64,000 nucleotides of DNA from Chrysomallon squamiferum (taxonomy: Eukaryota > Animalia > Mollusca): positions 17,732,001 to 17,796,000 of the forward strand of contig CM022672.1 in the NCBI GenBank assembly GCA_012295275.1, read 5' to 3'. Numbering within the stretch: position 1 is the first letter of the stretch; each line of letters starts with the position of its first letter. Below are positions 52,258 through 64,000 of this stretch, one piece after another. The position numbers and the translations under genes were made by a program. The notes below the pieces were generated by a model. That model did not search any database. It had not been told where the DNA came from and worked only from the letters and a program-made list of their open reading frames with translations.

Positions 52258-55200
52258 GTAAGTCACACTTCATTTTTATATACGTTATCTGTAACCTTTC
52301 ATATAAAACAAATATATATTTCATGGAATGTTTTTTTAATTTTTTTTTTTTTTTTGATTTTGTTTTTTAGCACCCATCACAGTTAATAGATTTGACATTT
52401 TCAGTGTTTGCTATAGCACATAGAGAAAATGTTTTAAATATTTCATACTTGGACTGAATTTAATGTAGTTTGGTGTATATGTATTTTTATTGAACCTTGT
52501 CTGCTGTATATATTTCTGATAGATGAGTACACAGTGTTCATGAGAAAGAATAGGCTTGGGATAGCAATATTATAAAAAAAAAAAAATTAAGTCACTTCAC
52601 TGTAATATTTTTGCTAGTGGTTATACATTTTGGTTAATAGCATATGAATACTACAATCTTGTTTTTGAGTTTGTTATAAATAAATAAATATTTTTATTTG
52701 CCTGTAGGTGTACATAAGTATCATCATCATAAGCTCTTGTTGTCAGATATGGATACATTGTTTTTCCATATATGTACTACATGTTTTGAATAGGCGGGGA
52801 TTTAAAAAAAAAAAAGAGAGATCATGAATATTAATATTCCTATTTCATTTTTAATTTTTTTTTTCCTTTTTCTATGTGAATGCTAAAAATGAAGATGTGG
52901 GGTTTTTTTTTTTACTTATTTATTTAATTTTTTTTAAAATTATTTTGTTAAACAACATTGAAAAGTTTTTCATAGTCTCTTTTTCCTGAATTTTTTTTTT
53001 TCTTTTTTTGATTATTTTTTTTCTAACATACATTTATAAACTAAGAAGTTATTATATTAACAAAAAATCTCTATATTGGTCTACATATTAAGCACTGGTT
53101 TAAATTGGATGCCATTACTGTGTTTGCAGTTCCATTTCTCCCAGTGAGTTCTTGTGACCTGGTTATTGAAAGATTGAATTTATTAAGGCGTAAAGCCAAT
53201 ATTATCTGATGATTGAGGATGCACAGATAAAGAATGCTATGAAATTGTGTTGTATTTGTCAGTGTCCAAGACAGAATTCTGATTTGTGTTAATTTTCATG
53301 TGGGATTTAAGTGTTCTGTGCAGAGATAAGCAAAATGTACTGTTTCGTGGAAAATTATATTTTTGTTCATTGCTGCCACAGAAATAATTATGTTGGTAAT
53401 CAGATGTGTTATTGTTGGGAGTTTTACAGTTAGAAGATTGCAGTTAGGGCCAATTGTCATAGTGTGCTATTCAGTAGGATATTACAGCACAGACACTGTG
53501 GAACAGAATTGAAATGTTAGCAGTTATCTTGATGTATTTACAGCTGACATGGACAAAAGGAATTTTCTGCACCAACACTTTCATGATCACTTGTTCATTG
53601 CCATTTCTAACCAAGAAAAAATAAAGTTTATATTTTATATAGGAACATAAAGATGTATTTTGATGATACGTGAAATTATTTTCCATTGCTTAGAGGTCTG
53701 TGTATCTTGGCTACTGTGATGGAACTGACTGACTGTCTTACACCTATCAGAAACTCAAATGTACAAAAATAGAATTGGGTTTGCAAGAAGAAAAAAAGAT
53801 GGTGCATAAATATAATTAATGTGATATATGCAAATAAAACATAGTTGTCTTGGTGTGGAGGTTGATTCCAAATTCACTTGATGTTATCTACATGTAGACA
53901 CTGACAGAATATTAAACCACATCACTGGTATAAAATTCTGCACACAAATTGTAAATAATATGTAAAAAAATAATAAAATAAGTGAATGATAAATAAAACA
54001 TAGTAAAAAGTCAGATCTGTGGCAATTTTTTTTTTTTTTTTTTTTTTTAAATTATTGATGTATATTTAAAGTACTTTTTTAAATTGTTTATTTAATTTAA
54101 AAAAATAAGTTTATTAAATGGACTTATTTGGATTAAACTGTGTTTCCTTTGTGAGTTAATAAAAATGAAAATAAAAAATAAATATTATGGGAAAGAAAAA
54201 AAAATTAGAAGAATATAAAATGACAAAACCGATTAATATCTTTTTACTTGAAGTATAACTTTTCTTTTCATTTTTTTTTTTTTTTATGCCAGTAAACTTG
54301 TCTGTTCATGTTTTACAGTTTTACCAGTTTGGAGCAGATAAGTCGGTACTAATTCTTTAGCTCTTGTTTGAGAAGATTTATTCAAATTTATTCCTTGCAA
54401 GTGCAGCACAATTTTGTGTGACAGGTTCAACTGAATTTAATAGAGCAATTCCATGAATTGCATGGATCTTGGCTATTCTTTGTGGTAGTTGCATTCTACA
54501 ACAGCTAAATGAAATCCAACAAACAGTGTTTGGAAGTTACATTAGCACAGAGATGTAGTTTAATAAAGGAGTGAAAGTATCACTTTGATACTAAATGCGT
54601 AGAAATTGAAACTATCACCATAGAAAAGTCGTCCTGTCTCCAGAAAGGCATAATTCTTTATGTAAATGAATTGCACATTTGTCAAATTATTTTATGACTT
54701 CAGCTGTAAAAGACATTGTGAGAATAATAAAATGAGCCATTAAATGGTGGCACCATCAGCAAATGTGTAGGCATTGCTAAAACAGAAGTAGATGATGATA
54801 TCAAAGGACCTTGATTTATCAGAATATTATAGTGGGAACCCAAGATATCACTGCCTTTACTTCTCTTCCTGTATTCTGTCAGTGTTCATGCAAATTGACA
54901 AAAGACAATTTTTATCTCATTATTGAAAATCTATCATTACTTTCATAATTCCATTTCCGTGTTTGCACTGACTGTTTGCATGAGCAGACTATGAAAAACT
55001 GGGAATTGTAATGGTTAATTGATTGTATTATCTCATTTCCTTTCAGTCTTTTTCACAATAGTTTATCGATGTTTTGTATGAAAAATTTCTGTTTAGAATA
55101 AGGTCAGATCAACTTCTGATTTGTTACCCGGTTGAGAAACATTTACTGTTATCTAGAGAAATTTGTTTAAATATAACTGAAATCAGTTATAAAACTTTTC

Positions 55201-57328
55201 AATACTATTTATTTCCCTGTTCAGTTTTGCATTTTAAGGAAAGAACTATTGAAATAGTTTTGTTAAGAATCAAAATTCTTTTGTTGTTATTTCATACGTA
55301 TATAATATACATGTACATTATGCACTTGAACTGACATGCTTAATCGTTTTTTGTAAGCTTATTCGTGATAATAATGCACAGGCTGACAGTTGAAAACTTG
55401 TAACTAGTGTTTTTTGTTTGGTCTTGTTGCCATGGTGGTTATTGTCTATGTTGAAAGTAAAGATAATGTGTCTGTGTTCCTGCACTCTTGTTTGAGTGAC
55501 ACAGCTGAGTGAACCGCTGGCTGTACATACACAGGTTTTATGTCATACTGTATCTAGGTTACTTCACATATTGATGGTGGAACCAAACCCAAACAGTTGC
55601 TTTCCAATATACCCTTAATTTTTTCATATGATGCATTGCTATTAAAAATTAATTTTTAACAGCATTGGTTGCCTGAGTGACTTTTGTAAAGGGAATAATA
55701 ATAAGAGAAAACTCCTTGGGGTAATGGTTTTGTTCAGGTTATAAAAAATAAATACAGTAGTTTTTCTGTTAAGAGTATTTGAAAAGTAACAATTTGTTTC
55801 ATGGTTATTTATTTATTCATTTGTTTGTGTGTTTGTTGGTTTTTCTAAAGGGGAGCAAAGCAGTTCTTACCCCACCTTTTATGACTATTGTGATTATAGT
55901 TGTGAGTTGAAATTTCTTCATTAAGCAACAGATAAACTGAAAATTTATGTCGATTTACCAGAACAGATCGGAAGTGTAAGTCAAGAATTTGTCCAGAATC
56001 ATCGGCTCTTGAAAAGTGTCAGATTTAGTTTATCAGAAAGATAAGTTCTTTAAACAGAATGATACACAAGTACTGTACTACATGTATCATAATAGATAGA
56101 AGGAAGTTTTTGTATTATAAGCTCTTGTACAGACAATAGTGAAGTGGTTCAAATACACTTAATTTCCTGGAATCTGTGAGAAATATTAAAACAAAGTAAT
56201 TTCCTGATTATTTGATATTTTCATTCAATTTCTTATCAAACGATTTCCTTTGAGTTATTATTGCTCTAAAACATGTTGTTTCAGATAGTTTTTCTTTTAG
56301 AAAAAAAAAAAAAAAATGTGATTAAAATTATATTTCCTGTATAAAAATCAAATCTATGATATTAAAAGAATATTTTCTAAAAAGCACAGAAAGCTTGATA
56401 TGTACTTTTTAAAATGTTACTCGAGGGTAAAACAATTAAAAAATTAAAAATGAAATATAAACAGAATGACATGGTAGTAGTTGACATTTATGCAAGGTAG
56501 AAACTGTAGTAATAAATTTTAAGAGTGAAGTGGGTATATTTGTTATTTATGCATTTAAACTGACACCTAATTTGCATCAACTTTCCATACACTATTATGT
56601 ACTGGTTTTTTGTTGTTGTTGTTTTGTTTTGTGTACCTGTTAAAAAGAGTTTCACCTTCCCCTTTCCCATTTGTAAATTCCAGTGTTGTTTCATGTTAGA
56701 GTTACTTGTTCTGGTGAAAAAATAAAAATAAAAATGTGAGTGTGTGTGTGTGTGTGTTTGGACATTGGCTTAGAGAATGCTAAAGTCTTATGATTGAATG
56801 TTGTGATGATAAAGGTCTTGCTTGGTGTTTAATTAATTATATGTAACTGTTGATTCGATAAACCCAGAAGTAGAAATCAATAATGGTAAACATCTGGATA
56901 GACTGTCGACTGCTGAAAGTCTGTAAATAAAAAGAAACATGAGGGTAAATCAATGGGGGGTAAAAAAAAATTAGGATTTTAAATATTTTATATGTTTGTA
57001 ACAACATTTGTTATGCAACATTTGTTATGATGAGTGAGTTAGTGAAATTGTAGAAGTACATCTGAAAATCAATGGTTGACATCACAAAGAAAGAAATAAC
57101 TGAAAATTGTTATCTTTATTCTGTCTGATATGGATATTAACTGTCATTGAAATATTAAATAACGATGAGTTACAGAAAACATTCACATTAACTAATTACT
57201 GAATTGAACAGGATCTTGTTACACAAAAAAAAAAAAAAAATTCGTGTTTCTGGAATGACTAATGAATACAGCCATTGGAAACAAGGTGTTTCGCACTAAT
57301 TATTTATGAAGCAGTAGTTTAGTGTAAC

Positions 57329-57364
<36 letters not shown>

Positions 57365-60300
57365 TTATAAAATTTGGTTTCTCATCAATTAATCATGCTG
57401 TCATTAAAATATCCACACTGGCAATTTCAAATCTGGTTTTATTAATCGAGTTATGAAGTATTTGTGGCAGCAAAATGTTAGTTCAAAATCTTTATACCTG
57501 TCAACATTCATGGTACACTGTAAAGAATGTTACGAAATTTGAAATAACAATGTGCATTATGATCAGAAATTAAAACTTATCTGCTTTCTAAAAGCATACA
57601 GCATGAATATTTTACAACAGTAATCTGAACCTATTGTATCTCCTGTTACGACATAGTCGAGGATGAAGTGCTCATATTACCAACCCTAAAACATTGTGGG
57701 ATGGAGGGAAAAGCTTTTTAGTTCTGTTATTTAAAAGAAAAAGAAAAATCCCAACTGGATTAACTTTTATTTCTGCATTAGTGTGTGACATCCAAGGTTA
57801 AGTTTGTTGAGGTTTAGGCACAACAGTTAAATATGAACTTCATACTTAGGTGAGTCATAGCATTTGGAGGTAAAATAATCTATTATCAGCGGTGAGAAGC
57901 TTTTTGGTGACTAGAAAATAACAGGTCTTTTTAGTACTCTGTGTACTGTCAAGCGAGAGTTTCTATTGTCACCTGAATGAATAGCCAGTTCTCTGAGTGG
58001 ATTTTAAGCTTATGAGAAAATATCTGACTTGTCTGTACATTGTGAGCTCTTGTGTCCAACTTACACTGCTGAAAACATAGGCCACAGTTCTTGTTTGATT
58101 CCAGCTTCGAAGATCTGTTGTCTGATAGTTAATCCATAGTTTTGAACAGAGACCATATAAATAATATGATAGAAAGCTATTTTAGTGGAAGCTTTAAATT
58201 TGTTATTATGATTATTATTTTTTCTTTTTTTTTTTCTTAATGCTGTCAGTGGAATTGCATATTTATATTTTACAATTCACATATATGAAGAATGTTATTA
58301 TCATATAGTTTGAAATTGCAAACACTGCTTTCTTTCCCTTTTTGTAACTGAACTTGTGGTTTTCAAAAAGTAAAAAAAAAAAAAATATATAATAAAATAT
58401 TATATATTAGTCATATAGATACATTATGTTGAGTTTAGTTTAACATCATGTGGTTAAATAACTGTTAAAATATCTATGAGTGAAGTTAAAAATTTCTGTT
58501 TTTAAAAATACATGAACAATCAGATTGAAAGAAGAAAAAATTTTTTTAGCATGAAATTAATTTTGGAAGTTGAACTAATATTTCATAATCAGTACAAGGA
58601 TCAGATGACAAGCTGAATTACAGGCTCTGTTGTTGGGAAATTATCTGTAAAAGAGAACCTAAAGGACTGTAAATAGTGATATAATCAGTATTGTTTTCAT
58701 TATGCTGGTGCCTTTGAATAGTAAATGAATTTTTAAAATAGTAAAGACATTTTGGTTTCTTCATAGAGTGTGCTTTGCTGATTGAAATAAAATAATGGTA
58801 ATAACCTGACAAACAAGTAACATGTCAGTGCTAAGAAATAGGTTTTCATAAAATAAGTATGTGTAACTGGTTCTGTTTCACTTCAAAAAAAAATATTTGT
58901 CTAGGTCTTGTGGTTAATGTCAGTGGCAGCTTATCCACATTGGAGTTTTATTACACTCAGTAATTGATTTTTCTTTTTATGAGGAATTTTATAGCAAGAA
59001 ATTGTCTAGATCTTTGGTACATGTCTGTATGTGTATCTGTGAAAGTTCTTTTTCATTTTTTTATTTATTTTTTTTTTTTTTTTATTTGGACATAAACCTT
59101 TGCATAATCAAAAATTGATAAATGACCTGGCATGCTTGTGGATTTTTTTTAGGGGAGAATTATTTATTTATTTTATTTTATTTATTTATATATTTTTTTA
59201 AATAATTTCTTCTGTGAATTGTATAATAGAATAATATGTGTGTGTGTGTGTATGTATGTATATATATATATATATTTTTTTTTTTCATTTGTAATCTTGA
59301 TTATTAATGATCTTGAAAAGGTATGTTCACATTAGCCCCATGTTTGAAATGTGTGAACAAGATGCATGTTTATAGCGTGTTTATAGCATATTTATTTGCT
59401 AATGCAAAAATGTCTGCTTTTGCTGTAGAAAACATTGACTTCAGTTATTTTTTATTTTATTTTTTGCCTTCATCAAAGCTGCAGGCATTAGATACAGAAA
59501 ATTGGCTTTATTGGTAAATATTTGGAAAAGTGTTGCATTGATCAGGCATTAAGAAAGATTATACATCTTCACTTATTGATCTTGCCAATTGCTGTTCAAA
59601 GAACATGCCACCCAAGATGAGCCATCTATTGGATTAAGAAGAAGGTCATTTGTGCAGTGGAATGTTTAGTTTTCCAAATTAGTTATAAATTGTGCTCTCT
59701 TGCACTTGGTGATCTGTTCATGTGTTGTAACCTGCAACAGATGTGAATGGAAATTAGCCCTGTGGCCATCTCAGTGTGTTTGTTTCCACACCGAAACAGT
59801 TGTGTTGAATATACTGCTAATTAATTAATGGCCGGAATTCACACGCACATGTTACTTGAATAATTTATATTGTAAGTGCCATAAGAGAATAAGTACCAGT
59901 GTTTTCTGAATTCCATTAGCCTGATTATTGTCCAGAATGTTATTTCTTTCCCTTCTTGCCATCAAAAATATTTAGATTTTATATATATATATATTTCTTA
60001 TTTTATCAGCAAATTTACTTTAAAAGTATATTTGATACCAGTCTTTTATTTTGTGGTATATTTAATTAACCTTTATTTAATTTTTTAATTATTTTTATTA
60101 GTATTATTTTTTTAATGCAATGAAATTAAAATAAAACAATTATACAGTAATCAATAATTAATCTGGTTACATAGCTAATAGAATTGCTAATGTAAATGCT
60201 TTAATATGCAAGATGTGTGTGAAAGTGAAGATAGTGTTTTAAGACACTTCACATATTTGCACTAAACTAGACTGTTAAGTAATGAACTGGTACCCAAGAA

Positions 60301-63300
60301 TACCTTTATTTTTAGCCATTAAATAAGCAGAATTTATCTTAAATTTTACAAAAAAGGAATATTTGAAAACTCATTTTCTGAAAAATGCATATTATAAAAG
60401 TAGCTTGTGTCCTGTTACATGTCACATGTTCAGTATTTTGTCATCATTGGTTAGTGATTTATTTCTTATTTGGTGTATTCATGCTTTCTAGTTTGGAATT
60501 ACTAAATGCTTTATTGTTTTGTTAATGATGCAGTTATAGTCCCATGGGGTTGATACGAAAGTCAACTAATGATGCTAGGCGGGTTATATACTAAACAGCT
60601 ATTAATGCATACCAGTAATATTAGGCCAGGGTGAATTATTTTAAAGGTCAAATGGCAATGAAATAAGCTCTGTCAATATATATAAAGTCAGACCATTTCA
60701 GTAAAATAAACTTGCTCCACAACTTCAGTTTTCCTTTATAGCTAGTGTATGAAAATATTTATTTTTGTTGAAAGTTGAGTAATATGATTTTGTTACTTCT
60801 GACTTAAAACGATGGTATTTATGGTGAGTTTGATTTACTGTTGTAGAATATGCTTCACAGGATTTAGTAAACGAGTATTCAATTGAATCCTAATCAGTGT
60901 GACAGGAGTGATAAATGTTGTTGGTAAAAGGCCTAGAGGACAAATTATCATCATTGGGAGCCTAAGTTGGGTGTGTACATGAGTGTGATGGAAAGATTGA
61001 TTGATTGAAATATCTGCGGTGAACTGTTTAAAAAACACTGTATCTAACTTCAAAAATATTCTAAATACATTTTTATCAATATATTCTGCTTATCAGAAGT
61101 TGTGGTAATCCTCCATTTTTTTTTATCAGCTTTGTAGAAGCTTTAATAATGTTTTTATTTTTTTATTTCATCATTAAAAATATAATAAAAATAATAATAA
61201 AAAAATACCCTAAAAACCAAACAAAACAACAACTAAATCTTCCAAATGAGACAATAACTATAATAAAAGAACAATCATTTCAGATAGAGAATGGTAGATG
61301 CATTTTAATATAATTAATATAATGCTGATACTGAATATTAAAGCTGCATTGATGTACCTGTTCTGAATAACAATGTTCCCATTTTGAAAATGTTTGGTGC
61401 AGGTGTATTTTATATCCAGCCTTGCATTTTAATATTTCACAATGAGATTATTTTCTATTGTCAAATTGGTATTACAATAAAGGCACATTTTGAGTTGTTA
61501 TTAATATTAAATGAAAGAAAGAAAATGTACATTTGATGCTATATTGGAAAGTTTCATAGAATGTTTACCTGATTTAATGTGAAGCTGATTTGAGTAAATG
61601 AGAAAATTCACCTGACGGGTTGTGAAGAAGACTTCAACAGCTATTACAAGTTTCGAAAAACTGAAAATACTTTTTTTGTTACAGCAGTCTTATTCTGTGA
61701 ATCTTAATCACTTAATCTTATCTCATAAAATCAGACTTCAAAGCCAAATAATCTTCTCTTTGATCGTTAATTCAGTTTTATCTGATGGGAATAATTAGAA
61801 GTTGAAGGTTTTTTTTTTGTTAAATTCATATTACAATGTTTTAGAGATGTTTATTATAATGAATCTATTTTAAGTATTAGATAGTACTACATCAGCTGTT
61901 AAAAAACAATGGTCCAACATTTGGTATTGTATGATTGGCAATATTTTCTCATACAACAATAAATATATTTTCTGTTTATATTCATTCATGGCATTTTGCA
62001 TTCCCAGTTTTGTAGTATTTCTGTTTATTTAATTAATGATATTTTGTTTGGTTATAATAAATGTGCTGCCAATTGTAATCTTTGGTTAATTATTTTGGCA
62101 TTTAAACTGGAATGTTCTTTATTGTCAGGTTTATTGTTAATAATATAATTAACAAATTATACTAAGCCAGCTGACGCTAGTTATACATTTGTCTCAAACA
62201 CCAAAACGTTTCCTTTCGAATTAATGTACCAGATACATAAACAGTGCATGGTAAAATAGTTTTTAGTTCACTATTCTTTGAAAATATATCTCATTAATCA
62301 TTATTTTTATATCCTCCTTTAAATATTTTTAAAAAAATATATAAATATCCCTTCAGTAATTATAAAAATGAATTAATAAATTGATTAAAAAAAAAATAAT
62401 AAAAAGAAATTAAAAAAAATTTAACAGCTTTATCTTTTCTTTTTTTAAAAATATAATTTCAACTGGTGTATAAAACATTCAGGTGTTGTGTCAAAACTGA
62501 TAAAAATGTTGAAACTGTTGGACAAGCTGTGACCATGTATCTTTCAAGTGAAAGAATGGTTTCACAAAGCTTCAGAATTTTCATTGTACTTTTGCAACAT
62601 TTAGCTATTGTGAGCTTTGCATCCACTGCTAACCGTTTGTAAGTTCTAGAAATAACAGTATTGTCAACAGCAGGTGTTTCATCCATGACACAAGAAATGG
62701 TGGAGAAAGGTTTCTGCAATAAATCAATTTAAACATTTTGATGGAAAATGAGATACATAAATTAGTTGTTCGGTTTTTGTTGCAGTTTTATTCATTAGTG
62801 TCCAGTTTGGGTTATTGTAGAAAAATTTAGATATATTCTAATATTAAGGCTCAGAATATAGTTTGGAAAGCAATTTTACTGTTCTGAAAAGTAAATCAAG
62901 AATATTTTTTTATTATTATTATTATTATTTTTATTAATTTATTGTGGGTTTTTTAGAACCCATTTGAATTTAATTACTTTCTTCTACAACAAGATTAGCA
63001 TTTAAATGCTAGGCACACTGACATAAATGCTACATAAAAAGAATATCACTTTAGAATTTATATCTATTATTGAAAGATAAAAATGATTTTTCTGGCCCAG
63101 CTGTTTCTCTACAAGTTTAATATAAACATAGTCTTGTTGTTTTAGTTTTTGTTTTTGTTTTTTTTAATGATTTGTATAATGTGATGTTTGTACTCGATTA
63201 CATTAACTAAAATTATATGCAGTACCTAGTCGGCATTTATTTGATATTTAAATTTTAGTCAGATGTTTTAATTAGTAATTAGTTGTTTTTTTAGGGTTTT

Positions 63301-64000
63301 TTCATATTCATTATTATCATTTATTTTTTTTATTTTTTTTTTTTTTTTATTTTAATACTGAATAGTGATATTAATTGTTCAGTGGTGGTATAAATAAGAT
63401 AAATATCTTTAATAGAATTCATCTATATTTTTAATGCCAACAATTACATTTAAAATGAATTTTTGAATCAGATGACCATAGTAAAAAAAGACAAATGCTG
63501 AAAATTTCACATCAAATATACATTTGTCTAAAAATTCCATTTCTGTAGATTGTGGTTAGTGGGTAGAAGGAACAATCCACATAGACTTACCAGCTGTACT
63601 AGAATATATACAACTGTAGAGAATGTATTGAGAAAACTAAGAAAGCTAGAGAAATCCTACAGATGGATAGGGAATAGGAAGATGATGATTATTCCTAATG
63701 GCCTGTATATAGAGAAATGTGCTTATGTATTTTAGTCTTTTCACTTAATAGTAACGTAATACAAAGACAACATTGTGGATTACTTTTTTTTTTATATAAT
63801 ACTGAGTGTGGGATGTTAAAACAGTTATTTTAATTGTACTGCAAGTGTTTAATTGAAATAATGATAAATAATGAATATTTGCTGCTCTGACTTCATAAAA
63901 TAATTCTTCTAAATCATCTTTTCAGGAGAAACAAAACACCAAAAAAAACCTGATATAGTTCTATAACATTTTATTTCATTTTTTAACATTTTTTTACACT

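Overview
AT-rich, microsatellite-rich animal genomic DNA. It is probably a lophotrochozoan and likely a mollusc, inferred from the conopressin-type nonapeptide; the species cannot be fixed from the sequence. All genes are on the + strand. First, an intronless CDC26 ORF (983-1216) lies 174 bp upstream of an intronless SNRNP35 ORF (1391-2140). Second, a vasopressin/oxytocin-family (conopressin-neurophysin) gene has its promoter and exon 1 duplicated in a ~4 kb head-to-tail tandem repeat. The two exon-1 copies encode the same protein sequence except at position 8 of the hormone, CFIRNCPPG-amide versus CFIRNCPRG-amide, and only one set of neurophysin exons (25764-25969, 26904-27013) is present. 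As assembled, the shared exon 2 has a +1 frameshift. Third, the 5' part of a TIA1/TIAR-like RRM gene has four exons at 33201-40722, then an intron of more than 23 kb that holds a CpG-rich candidate internal first exon near 52 kb. Also present are a degenerate tRNA-His, two Tigger/pogo remnants, a hAT transposase remnant, a 204-bp tandem duplication and many simple repeats. Most ORFs in the supplied track are microsatellite or low-complexity artefacts.
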